In this document: positions 18,467 to 26,887 of the stretch, one piece after another | Position numbering within the stretch: position 1 is the first letter of the stretch | Layout of the letters: each line of letters starts with the position of its first letter | Source: Eubacteriales bacterium | GTDB lineage: Bacteria; Bacillota; Clostridia; Oscillospirales; JAAYXM01 | NCBI GenBank assembly: GCA_045636865.1 | Contig: JAZTYJ010000019.1 | Coordinates: 475-64,474 of the forward strand | DNA length: 64,000 nt | Direction: 5' to 3' | Program-made: the position numbers and the translations under genes | The notes under the pieces: generated by a model | What the model was told of the DNA's origin: nothing | The model's database searches: none | Seen by the model: the letters and a program-made list of their open reading frames with translations, nothing else

Positions 18467-19822
18467 TTAGATAATGTATATGCCGAGCATATCGCAGAGA
18501 TTTTCTATAAGCTCTGAATTATCACCGTAAGAGATGATGTAGTGCTGGCACATAACGTTTTCTGCAAAATCAGGAACATCGTCAAGGATGATTTCAAGTC
18601 CCGGAAGCTGCGGAGCCGGCTGAGTCCATCCTGCTTCCTCCCACTTTCTCGGTGTAACACCCTCACCGACTACCATATGCATGTAGTAGTTGCCGTCTTC
18701 GTATGTAAGGCGGCACATTGTAACCTTTCCGGGCTTTACGCGACTTACATTGAGGATACCCTCTGAAAGCTCGCCGAATGCCGCAGGCATAACGGTAACT
18801 TCGCCGTCAACACACTCTGCCGGAACAAAGTCGGGAACACCTGCAAGAACGCGGTCTTCAAAGAACTCGTAGAATTCGAGGTAGAACGCACACTGACCTG
18901 TGAGGTATTTTACCATAAGCTGTGTGATTCCGCCGAGAGAGTCGTTCTCGGGGATTGTGCAGAGCTTTTCCTCATCGGAGAGGAGCATAAATATCGGAGC
19001 CGGCGGGAAGCCGAGAAGCTTCTTCATACCGTCAACGTCCTTAAGGGAGATCGCGTCATATCCGCGCTCGTCGCAGATAGACTTGATTGCAAGATAGTAT
19101 CCTGCAGCCTTCTTCATGCTTTCGGGGTTTGCAGGCTTTAGGAACTTCCACTTTGACATTGCGTTGTCAATAACTGCCTGAATTTCTGCATCTGAAAGTT
19201 TTTCGTAACGCTGCTGAATCTCAAGCATCTCAAATGTCTCGATTTCGGGACCTATCTGACGCTTGAGTGAGCCGCCGTCATAAAGTGTGCCGTAGAGATT
19301 CATATCGCGATAGCCTGCCTGACCTGCCTTTGCGTGGCGGAGGCGTGCTGCAGCACTTGCAGCAATCGCGTAGTTTGCGACCTTCTTTGTGTTTGACGGA
19401 AGACCGATGATGTCGTAGATATACTTAAAGTCATATCCGAGGTCGTAGAATGTTTTGCGGAGAGCAGTTGTGCCTGCCTGGTCAGCAGTTGTGACGAGAC
19501 GGTCGCCTTCCATCCATCCGCAAAGACCCCACAGAACCATCGGCTTGTGGCGGAAATGCTCTGTAACCTTTACTACCGCGTGGGTCGGAATCCAACCTGC
19601 GATACAGCAGACGAGAACGTCAAAGTCCTGTCCTTTGAGAGCGTCAATAGCTTTTTTAACGTCTTTTTCCTCGTAATCGTCAGTTACGGGATATACGCTT
19701 ATAAGGTCAAGTCCTTCTTTTTTAAGACCTGCCTCTGCTTCTTTAACTTTTTTGAGTATAATGTCGGCAGGGGTGTTTACTTCACCAAATCCGACAAATG
19801 CTGCCTTTACCATATTCTTCAC
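18467..19822 (-). CDS. L-fucose/L-arabinose isomerase-family protein (substrate unknown)
   Basis: 451 aa. The N-terminal layout (KAAFVGFGEVNTP..., DVLVCCIAGW) is typical of the FucI/AraA-like family. Call is from memory. Confidence 0.5.
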   Translation of the reverse strand: MKNMVKAAFVGFGEVNTPADIILKKVKEAEAGLKKEGLDLISVYPVTDDYEEKDVKKAIDALKGQDFDVLVCCIAGWIPTHAVVKVTEHFRHKPMVLWGLCGWMEGDRLVTTADQAGTTALRKTFYDLGYDFKYIYDIIGLPSNTKKVANYAIAASAAARLRHAKAGQAGYRDMNLYGTLYDGGSLKRQIGPEIETFEMLEIQQRYEKLSDAEIQAVIDNAMSKWKFLKPANPESMKKAAGYYLAIKSICDERGYDAISLKDVDGMKKLLGFPPAPIFMLLSDEEKLCTIPENDSLGGITQLMVKYLTGQCAFYLEFYEFFEDRVLAGVPDFVPAECVDGEVTVMPAAFGELSEGILNVSRVKPGKVTMCRLTYEDGNYYMHMVVGEGVTPRKWEEAGWTQPAPQLPGLEIILDDVPDFAENVMCQHYIISYGDNSELIENLCDMLGIYII

Positions 19823-21225
19823 ACCTTTCTTGTATTAAGAATATCATCATATTTCACGAAGCTTTCATAAACCTCGCTAAAGTCTGCACCTGTCGGTGCA
19901 TATTCCTTATCAGTTTCAATGTTTTTGCAGGCATCCTCAACTGATGAAAAGACGCCTGCGCCGACACCTGCAAGGATTGCAGAGCCGAGACACGCAGTTT
20001 CTTTATTCTTGAGAGTGAGGAGATGCTTGCCTGTCATATCGGCTTTTATTCTGCACCAGAGAGGGCTCTTTGCGCCGCCACCCATAATGCGGATTTCGTC
20101 AACCGGTACGCCGAGATAGTCAAGGTTTGACTTGAGCATACAAGCAACGGATTCCATAATACTGCGGACAAAATGCGCCGGAGTGTGCTCGGGTGCGATG
20201 CCCGTAAAGCTTCCCTTTGCGTCGGGATTATATTTCGGCATAGTTGAGCCGCAAAGGTAGGGGAGGAAGGTAAGCCCTTCGCAACCGGGTGCGACCGACT
20301 CTGCCATTTCATCAAGCTCAATAAAGGATTTATCCTTTAAAAATGCCTCGCGGAACCACTTGAGAGCCATGCCTGCAGTTGCGCTCCACGAAAGAAGAGC
20401 GAAGCTTCCGTCAAAGCTGTAATGGCAGGGGACGAAGCTTTTTTCGTCGTATTCGGGAATCTTGTCCGTCGGGACATAAATAGCCATAGTGGTACCCGTC
20501 ATAACGCTGATTCTTCCCATTTTGATAACGCCTGCGCCTATCGCACCTGCAACCTGATCCATCGCAGAGGTTGAAACCTTTATGCCGTCATAGTCTCCGA
20601 CGTATTTTCCGCTGTCAAGAAGAGTGGGGAGCTGATTTTCGGACACGCCGATAAAATCGAGCATCTCCTTCCAGTAAGCGGAATTTCTGATGTCGAAGTA
20701 GATAGTTGATGACTGAAGAGTTTTCTCTGTTACGAATCTGCCCGTAAGCTTGTAGAGAAGGTAGTCTTCAAGCAAAAAGATTTTCTTTGTTTTTGCCCAG
20801 ACCTCGGGTTCGTTGCGTTTTACCCACAAAAGCTTGCAGGCAGGCCATGTGGCCGTAATCTCGGGCTGCCCCGTAACCTCAAAAACCTTCTTCCTGCCAA
20901 AGTGTGCATCAATCATTGCGGCTTCTTCGGTCGCACGGTTATCAAGCCACACAATGGCATCGCGGACGGGATTTCCGTTCTCATCCGTGAGGATAAGCGT
21001 CTCGCACTGCGTGTCGATTGCAAGGCAATCGACCGCAGCGGACTTTTTTATGTTTTCAAGCGCATTTGTGAGAAGAGACCAATACTTTTCGGGCTCAAGC
21101 TCAACTATGTTTCCGGAAGTTTTTAAGGTATAATCCTCTGTCGATTCGGCAAGTGTCTTAAGATTTTCATCAAAAAGCACCGCCTTGACAGATGTGGTTC
21201 CGAAATCAATTCCAAGACAATTCAT
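19819..21225 (-). CDS. FGGY-family carbohydrate kinase (xylulokinase-like)
   Basis: 468 aa. N-terminus LGIDFGTTSVKAVLFD and C-terminal GGGAKSPLW motif. 4-nt overlap with the downstream isomerase gene. Confidence 0.85.
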   Translation of the reverse strand: MNCLGIDFGTTSVKAVLFDENLKTLAESTEDYTLKTSGNIVELEPEKYWSLLTNALENIKKSAAVDCLAIDTQCETLILTDENGNPVRDAIVWLDNRATEEAAMIDAHFGRKKVFEVTGQPEITATWPACKLLWVKRNEPEVWAKTKKIFLLEDYLLYKLTGRFVTEKTLQSSTIYFDIRNSAYWKEMLDFIGVSENQLPTLLDSGKYVGDYDGIKVSTSAMDQVAGAIGAGVIKMGRISVMTGTTMAIYVPTDKIPEYDEKSFVPCHYSFDGSFALLSWSATAGMALKWFREAFLKDKSFIELDEMAESVAPGCEGLTFLPYLCGSTMPKYNPDAKGSFTGIAPEHTPAHFVRSIMESVACMLKSNLDYLGVPVDEIRIMGGGAKSPLWCRIKADMTGKHLLTLKNKETACLGSAILAGVGAGVFSSVEDACKNIETDKEYAPTGADFSEVYESFVKYDDILNTRKV

Positions 21226-21230
21226 ATTGA

Positions 21231-21851
21231 TTATCTTTTGAGCTGGAGATCGTAGTGTGGATCGTATGCCTTTTCTTCGTCTGTGTACTTGTGGAGAGTG
21301 TCGATAACTTCACCGTTGTTCCACTTTCTGTCGCCTACGTCCTCAGTTGTACCCATAACTGTAACGTTGAGCTGACGACGACGTGCACGAACGTGATCCC
21401 AGTCAACAAAGTAGATGTGAGCGAACTCACCGCCGTCAAGAACGCCGTCCTTGATTGTCATAAGTTCGCTTGTGCCGAAGAATACGCTGCGGAGGTGTCC
21501 GTCTGTGTTCATGCTTGTGAAGTCACCCGGCTCGTTGACGTATCTGCCGAACTGTGTGTGGAGCGGACCCGGATGACGGTACTGATGCTCTTCAGCAAAG
21601 TCCGGAATCATCTTTCTCATAATGTCGAGAAGGTCGTGCTGGAGATATTCGATATCGAATGAACCGATGTCGTGTGAGCACTCCTGAATCATAACTGAGC
21701 AAGTTGTGTGGTGTGATGCGATAGCAACTGTACCGTTCTTAATGCCTGAAGCCTGAACGATTTCGATGATTTCTTTTGATACGTCGTGGAAAGTCGGGAT
21801 CCAACCTTTTGACTGTAACTCTAATTCCTTCTGAAAAATCTTGAATTCCAT
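21231..21851 (-). CDS. YjbQ/UPF0047-like protein with C-terminal extension
   Basis: 206 aa. The core GTVAIASHHTTCSVMIQECSHD resembles the HTT(A/C)S..I.E motif of UPF0047. Confidence 0.5.
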   Translation of the reverse strand: MEFKIFQKELELQSKGWIPTFHDVSKEIIEIVQASGIKNGTVAIASHHTTCSVMIQECSHDIGSFDIEYLQHDLLDIMRKMIPDFAEEHQYRHPGPLHTQFGRYVNEPGDFTSMNTDGHLRSVFFGTSELMTIKDGVLDGGEFAHIYFVDWDHVRARRRQLNVTVMGTTEDVGDRKWNNGEVIDTLHKYTDEEKAYDPHYDLQLKR

Positions 21852-21875
21852 GATAAAATCCTCCTAAAAAATTTT

Positions 21876-22469
21876 TTATTTGTTGAGTCTTTCGCCTACT
21901 GCACCGCCGGGATGGATTGTCGCAAACTTTTCGTTCTGGAAATCCGTCTCCTCGATGATTGCCGTCTGCAGAACGTGGAAAATCATACAGAGGGCAGTTG
22001 TCGAAGTGGTTCCCTGGCAGTTGTATTTATCCGTTTCGCGGTTGACGTGCTGCTTGAGCACGACATCCGCACCGAGAGCAAGAGGCGAATCCATGTTCTC
22101 GGTAACGGAAATTACCTTGATGTTTTTCTTCTTGCAGATGTCAAGAATCGGGAGAAGCTCCTGTGTCTTTCCGCCGCGTGATGCAAATACCATAACATCA
22201 CCCTCCTGCAAAAAGCCCGTTGCGCCGTGAACAGCCTCGGCAGGGGATATGAACCTCGCCGGCTGCTCAACGCAGCAGAGAAGATGCGCAAAGTGTTGGC
22301 AGATTATGCCGCTGTGTCCGCATCCGCAGGTGCCGATTCGCGGCGCGCGGATGAGAAGCTCAACAGCCTTTGAATATGCATCCTCGTCAAAATAATCGAG
22401 CATTTCCTTAATGCATTCATACTCGGTTATGTATGCCTGTTTTGCCTGAAGTAAAGCTTCTTTTTTCAT
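21876..22469 (-). CDS. SIS-domain sugar-phosphate isomerase (PHI/KpsF-like)
   Basis: 197 aa. GCGHSG nucleotide/sugar-phosphate loop, and FASRGGKTQE followed by VISVTEN, as in SIS domains. Confidence 0.7.
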   Translation of the reverse strand: MKKEALLQAKQAYITEYECIKEMLDYFDEDAYSKAVELLIRAPRIGTCGCGHSGIICQHFAHLLCCVEQPARFISPAEAVHGATGFLQEGDVMVFASRGGKTQELLPILDICKKKNIKVISVTENMDSPLALGADVVLKQHVNRETDKYNCQGTTSTTALCMIFHVLQTAIIEETDFQNEKFATIHPGGAVGERLNK

Positions 22470-22481
22470 AAGATTTACTCC

Positions 22482-23183
22482 TTAAGCGTGAAGCTCGTCC
22501 CAGGCCTTGCGGAGATTATAAAGCATCTCCTCAACCATAGCAGCCTGGTCGTCTGCCTTGATAATGCCGCTTGTTGAACCCGTAGCCTGAGCTCCGAGCT
22601 TTATTGTATCATAAACGTCCTTGCCGTTTGAGATACCTGCACCCTGAAGCACCATAATGTCGGGGTTGATTTCGTTGACGGTCTTAATCGTTTCGATAAC
22701 GTAGTTGCTGTCACTTGTCTTGCCTGTTCCGATAAGGTCTGTCGGCTCTGCAACGATGAGGTTCGGGCCCATCTTTGCGATAGCCTTGACGTCCTCAACC
22801 GTATCTGCACAAACGATTGTGCCAAGCCCTACCTCGTCAGCGCGGGCGATGGTTTTTTCAATTTCTTCCATAGTGAGCGGGCATTCTGCATGGTTGAGCA
22901 TAACGCCGACAGCCCCTGCTGCCTTGACAGCTTCGGGAAGAACGCTTCCGAGACCTCTGCCTATCGGGAGATAGTCCATATGCTGTGCAAAAACAAGGAT
23001 TCTTTCCGTGTTGTCTGCGAGCAGCTTGATGTCAGTATACTGAGGTGTAACGATGACATCGAGGTCATATTTGAGCGCAACCTTGTCGATTACTTTTGCG
23101 AGTCTGAGCATATCCTCGCCATACATGTATGCTTTCGGTCCGATTTCGAAAAACGGCGGTTTGATTTTCAAACCTTTATACAT
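22482..23183 (-). CDS. Archaeal-type triose-phosphate-isomerase paralog with altered N-terminal substrate motif
   Basis: 233 aa. VFAQHMD, VLPEAVKAAGAVGVMLNHAE and IVAEPTDLIGTG match archaeal TIM blocks from memory. The INFK motif reads IGPK here. Confidence 0.65.
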   Translation of the reverse strand: MYKGLKIKPPFFEIGPKAYMYGEDMLRLAKVIDKVALKYDLDVIVTPQYTDIKLLADNTERILVFAQHMDYLPIGRGLGSVLPEAVKAAGAVGVMLNHAECPLTMEEIEKTIARADEVGLGTIVCADTVEDVKAIAKMGPNLIVAEPTDLIGTGKTSDSNYVIETIKTVNEINPDIMVLQGAGISNGKDVYDTIKLGAQATGSTSGIIKADDQAAMVEEMLYNLRKAWDELHA

Positions 23184-23222
23184 TGAAAAGCACCTCCTTT
23201 AAATTGTTGTTTACATATATTT

Positions 23223-23252
23223 ATAATACAACAGGAAAACCCCGTATGTCAA
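23223..23252 (-). promoter_or_regulatory. Candidate promoter of the seven-gene sugar cluster
   Basis: On the minus strand: TTGACA (23252-23247), 18 nt, TATTAT (23228-23223). Confidence 0.55.
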
Positions 23253-23288
23253 CAATTTCTTGCTTTTGTTTTGCCTATTTTTCAAAAC

Positions 23289-23370
23289 CGAAAGAAAAAC
23301 GAAAGAATATGTTTTTAATCGAAAGTATATTTCGGGTAAAGTGAAAGTTGCTTTGTTGACATACCGAAAG
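23289..23370. repeat. Array of five (C/T)GAAAG direct repeats, a candidate DeoR operator array
   Basis: CGAAAG at 23289, 23300, 23320 and 23365, and TGAAAG at 23342. Spacings are 11, 20, 22 and 23 nt. The last copy sits inside the spacer of the DeoR-gene promoter. Confidence 0.45.
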
Positions 23371-23384
23371 AGGAGTGGTATAAT
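23356..23384 (+). promoter_or_regulatory. Consensus promoter of the DeoR-family regulator gene
   Basis: TTGACA (23356-23361), 17 nt, TATAAT (23379-23384). Confidence 0.7.
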
Positions 23385-23410
23385 TTTTGTAGAAAACAAG
23401 AGGTGAGAAT

Positions 23411-24175
23411 ATGGTTGCAGATGACAGAAAACAAAAAATACTTGATCTTTTAAAGACAAACGGAAGTGTCAAGGTTGCAGAACTCAGCCGTCTTTTTGAT
23501 GTCTCGGAGGTAACGGTCAGAAACTACCTTGCCGATATGGAAAGCAAAGGCCTTCTTTCAAGAATCCACGGCGGCGCGCTGAGCTCATACAAGCCGTATT
23601 ACAGCATGAATCTCAACCAGAGACTTGAAACAAATCACTCGGAGAAGGTTAAAATTGCCGAGCGCATTTCGCAGATGATAAAGCAGAACGATACGGTTAT
23701 GCTGAATTCGGGAACAACAACGCTTCTTGCGTTCCGAAAGTTTCCTGCGGAGTACAACCTCAATATTGTTACAAACTCAATTTCCATCGCGCTTGAGGCA
23801 TCAAGCAACCCGAATTACAACGTAATCTTAATCGGCGGAAGCATCAACACAAAATATCAGTTTTCGTTCGGAAACGATGCCGCAGACCAGCTCAAGCGTT
23901 ATCACGCGGATAAGCTCATCCTCTCGGTAGACGGAATTGATCTCTCCGCAGGATTTACTACTTATTATGATAAAGAAGCAGACATCGACAGGGTGATGAT
24001 AGAAAATTCCGACCATTGCATAGTCGCGGCAGACAGTTCAAAATTCTGCCACAACGCGTTTGTCAGAATTTCTGATTTGTCGGTTGCCGATACCATTGTT
24101 ACAAATGCAAGGTTAAATCGCGAATACTCCGAAAGATTTGACGAACTCGGCATAAAAACAGTATTTACGGATTAA
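23411..24175 (+). CDS. DeoR-family transcriptional regulator
   Basis: 254 aa. N-terminal HTH VKVAELSRLFDVSEVTVRNYLADMESKGLLSRIHGGA and a DeoR C-terminal sensor domain. Confidence 0.9.
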   Translation: MVADDRKQKILDLLKTNGSVKVAELSRLFDVSEVTVRNYLADMESKGLLSRIHGGALSSYKPYYSMNLNQRLETNHSEKVKIAERISQMIKQNDTVMLNSGTTTLLAFRKFPAEYNLNIVTNSISIALEASSNPNYNVILIGGSINTKYQFSFGNDAADQLKRYHADKLILSVDGIDLSAGFTTYYDKEADIDRVMIENSDHCIVAADSSKFCHNAFVRISDLSVADTIVTNARLNREYSERFDELGIKTVFTD

Positions 24176-24205
24176 AAAAAGAGAGCATCATTGATGCTCT
24201 CTTTT
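24174..24205. terminator. Bidirectional terminator between the DeoR gene and the SLH gene
   Basis: A-run, GAGAGCATC, loop ATT, GATGCTCTC, T-run. Confidence 0.8.
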
Positions 24206-24211
24206 GATCTT

Positions 24212-24892
24212 TTATTTTTCAAGAACTGTGCGGAGTGTTTCAAATGCGCGACCGTCCTTGCCGTCTTTAAACTGCCACGCAAATGCGCGCTGCTGTTCAT
24301 AGTCCGGCGCGAAGGGCGACGGGTTTGTGTCATATGCAAGCGGAAGGTCGAGCGCGCGAGAGAGAACAAGTGCGACAAATCCGCGTGTTGCGGGAGTTCC
24401 CACTTCGAAGATGAGGCCTTCAATCAGTCCGTTTTTGCGAGCGATGTCGATGTAATCCATCGGATAAACAAGCTCGGTTGCATTGACTCTCTGGGATAAT
24501 ACGTATTTGTCGTATTTGAGCACGCAGACTATCATCTTAAGCGCCTGCTCACAGGTAACGTTATCGTCAGGCTTGAAAGTGCCGTTGGGGAATCCGCCGA
24601 CAATATCAAGGCTCTGCGCAAGAGCGATGTGCGGTGTTGCCCAATGTCCTTTGGGGACATCGGAGAAAAGCGAAACCGCACCCGGAAGAATTTGCTCGTT
24701 CATTGCGGTAACGAGCATCTTTGTCATCTGTGCGCGGGTGATGTTTTCTTCAAGACGGAGAGAGCCGTCGGGAAAACCGTTCATAATGCCGTATTTTCCG
24801 AGGTCTGCCGCCGCATCCTCGGGGGTGAGCGCAAAGCAGGTCGCTCCGAGAAGGAGGGAGAGAATAAGCGCTGCGCTGATTAACTTCTTCAT
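24212..24892 (-). CDS. Secreted SLH-domain protein (SLH repeats only)
   Basis: 226 aa. Signal peptide MKKLISAALILSLLLGATCFA. SLH-type repeats: GIMNGFPDGSLRLEENITRAQMTKM, FSDVPKGHWATPHIALAQSLDIVGGFPNGTFKPDDNVTCEQALKM. Confidence 0.8.
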   Translation of the reverse strand: MKKLISAALILSLLLGATCFALTPEDAAADLGKYGIMNGFPDGSLRLEENITRAQMTKMLVTAMNEQILPGAVSLFSDVPKGHWATPHIALAQSLDIVGGFPNGTFKPDDNVTCEQALKMIVCVLKYDKYVLSQRVNATELVYPMDYIDIARKNGLIEGLIFEVGTPATRGFVALVLSRALDLPLAYDTNPSPFAPDYEQQRAFAWQFKDGKDGRAFETLRTVLEK

Positions 24893-24910
24893 AAAAAACA
24901 GCTCCTTAAA

Positions 24911-25201
24911 TTATTTCGGGATTTTTATGGTTTTGTTCTTTGCAGACTCGCGATAAAGAACAAACTTGTTGCCGATGCATTGAACGGGGAAAGCGTTTGT
25001 TCTCTCGCAGATTTCCGTGCAGGCCTCGCGCGTGCCGAGAAAAGCGTTTTCGAGAATCTTGATTTTAATGAGCTCGTTTGCCTCAAGTGCGAGGTCTATC
25101 ATCTCTATTGTTGCATCGTCGATGCCGTCTTTTCCTATCTGATATTTTGCGTCAATACCGTTTGCGAGCCCTCTTAAATATGCTCTCTGCTTACTTGTCA
25201 T
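24911..25201 (-). CDS. yhbY: YhbY/CRM-domain RNA-binding protein
   Basis: 96 aa. LTSKQRAYLRGLAN...IGK.G......I..AL...ELIK.K pattern typical of YhbY. Confidence 0.85.
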   Translation of the reverse strand: MTSKQRAYLRGLANGIDAKYQIGKDGIDDATIEMIDLALEANELIKIKILENAFLGTREACTEICERTNAFPVQCIGNKFVLYRESAKNKTIKIPK

Positions 25202-25323
25202 TTACAATCTCCTTAATACATTAAATTAAATACCTCGCTATATTATATTCCATTTTGAAGTTTTTTTCAAGTATATAAAGAAACGCTCGCACCCTCATAG
25301 GCTTCAAGTCCCACGTTAATAAT

Positions 25324-25353
25324 AAAAAACGACACTCGAAAGTGTCGTTTTTT
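25324..25353. terminator. Bidirectional terminator downstream of tRNA-Leu
   Basis: A6, CGACACT, loop CGAA, AGTGTCG, T6. Confidence 0.8.
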
Positions 25354-25355
25354 AT

Positions 25356-25441
25356 TGGTGCCGGTGGTGGGACTTGAACCCACACGGTGTTGCCACCAAC
25401 GGATTTTGAGTCCGTCACGTCTGCCATTCCATCACACCGGC
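25356..25441 (-). tRNA. tRNA-Leu (anticodon CAA), CCA encoded
   Basis: The reverse complement reads GCCGGTGTGATGGAATGGCAGACGTGACGGACTCAAAATCCGTTGGTGGCAACACCGTGTGGGTTCAAGTCCCACCACCGGCACCA. It has a 7-bp acceptor stem, anticodon loop CT-CAA-AA, a long variable arm and a GGTTCAAGTCC T-arm. Confidence 0.9.
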
Positions 25442-25454
25442 TGATAACTTTAAT

Positions 25455-25483
25455 ATTATACAATAACTTTTTCGGTTTGGCAA
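25455..25483 (-). promoter_or_regulatory. Promoter of tRNA-Leu
   Basis: On the minus strand: TTGCCA (25483-25478), 17 nt, TATAAT (25460-25455), 13 nt before the tRNA 5' end. Confidence 0.65.
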
Positions 25484-25518
25484 GTAAAAATTGTAATTAT
25501 TTTGAAATCTCTATTTCC

Positions 25519-25547
25519 TTGCCTTCGACAAAAACATATGTTATAAT
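25519..25547 (+). promoter_or_regulatory. Candidate smpB promoter
   Basis: TTGCCT (25519-25524), 17 nt, TATAAT (25542-25547). Confidence 0.6.
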
Positions 25548-25578
25548 TGGGTAAAATGATAGGGAAGGGGTGTTTCGT

Positions 25579-26043
25579 ATGGCAGAAACTTCTATTCGCC
25601 AGATTGCGAAAAATCGCAAGGCGTGGCACGACTACACAATTGAAGATTCGTATGAAGCGGGAATTTCGCTGTGCGGAACCGAAGTCAAATCCCTTCGTCA
25701 GGGTGCTGTCAACCTTAAAGACTCGTTCTGCTCGGTTAAAGACGGCGAGCTCATCGTCCACGGGATGCACATAAGCCCATATGAGCACGGTAACATCTTT
25801 AACCGCGAGCCGAGGCGCAACCGAAAGCTGCTTATGCACAAATCAGAAATCCGCCGCCTTGCCGCCGCGCAAGCACAGCAGGGTTACACCATAATTCCGC
25901 TTTCAATATATTTCAAGGGCTCACTCGTCAAGGTTCAGGTAGGGCTCTGTAAGGGTAAGAAGCTCCACGACAAGCGCGATGCCGCCGCAGCACGCGATGC
26001 AAAGCGCGAGATGGACAGAGCGATAAAGGAACAACGAGGTTAA
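25579..26043 (+). CDS. smpB: SsrA-binding protein SmpB
   Basis: ORF 25570..26043. ATG 25579 follows AGGGGTG. KNRKAWHDYTIEDSYEAGISLCGTEVKSLR is the canonical SmpB N-terminus. Confidence 0.95.
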   Translation: MAETSIRQIAKNRKAWHDYTIEDSYEAGISLCGTEVKSLRQGAVNLKDSFCSVKDGELIVHGMHISPYEHGNIFNREPRRNRKLLMHKSEIRRLAAAQAQQGYTIIPLSIYFKGSLVKVQVGLCKGKKLHDKRDAAAARDAKREMDRAIKEQRG

Positions 26044-26047
26044 AGAA

Positions 26048-26887
26048 ATGATTTGCGAAACAATATTTTTAAAAGATGTGTTTCCTGGATTTGAAACGGA
26101 TTCATTCATTACATCATACGTTCACTCAAATTGCATTTCTGTCGAGCCGGACAGAAAGCGGGCAGCGGTTGTGATTTGTCCCGGTGGTGCATATTATGAT
26201 TTGAGTCTTCGGGAAAAAGAACCGATAGCAGAGGCGTTTTACGCTATGGGTTATAACGCGTTTGTTCTTGAATACTCAACAGCTTGCCGCAACAACAATA
26301 AATACCCGACACAGCTTCTTGAATCGAGCGCCGCGCTTGCATATATCCGAAGAAACTGCGAAAAATATAATACCAAAAAGGATGCGCTGATGATAGCCGG
26401 TTTTTCGGCAGGCGGACACATGGCGGCTATGCTCGGTGCGCTCTGGAATGAAAAAGTTGTTACGGAGACGCTCAGTATAGAATTTGGTGAAAACAGACCT
26501 GATGGTCTTATCCTTTCATATCCGGTAATTACGGGTGGCGAGTTTGCTCATCGTGGTTCGTTTGATAATCTTCTTGGCGAAAACCCGAGCGAAGATGTGG
26601 TTTTTAAGACTTCTCTTGAAAATTCGGTAGGAGAGCATACACCGCCGGCATTTATCTGGCATACGTTTACAGACGAGGGCGTTCCGGTCGAAAACGCGTT
26701 TCTTTTCGCAAATGCGATGAGACGTGCAAGCGTTCCGTTTGAGATGCATATTTTCCCTGACGGACCTCACGGAATAGCTCTCGGAAACCTTGAAACAGGA
26801 GTAGAAGGCCATCCGTTTTATAATCAGCACGTCGCGTCGTGGACGGGATTGTGTGATAATTGGATAAAAAAGTTTATTGATAGATAA
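26048..26887 (+). CDS. Alpha/beta hydrolase (esterase/lipase-like)
   Basis: 279 aa. Nucleophile elbow GFSAGGH and an oxyanion-region CPGGAY. 4 nt after the smpB stop. Confidence 0.75.
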   Translation: MICETIFLKDVFPGFETDSFITSYVHSNCISVEPDRKRAAVVICPGGAYYDLSLREKEPIAEAFYAMGYNAFVLEYSTACRNNNKYPTQLLESSAALAYIRRNCEKYNTKKDALMIAGFSAGGHMAAMLGALWNEKVVTETLSIEFGENRPDGLILSYPVITGGEFAHRGSFDNLLGENPSEDVVFKTSLENSVGEHTPPAFIWHTFTDEGVPVENAFLFANAMRRASVPFEMHIFPDGPHGIALGNLETGVEGHPFYNQHVASWTGLCDNWIKKFIDR

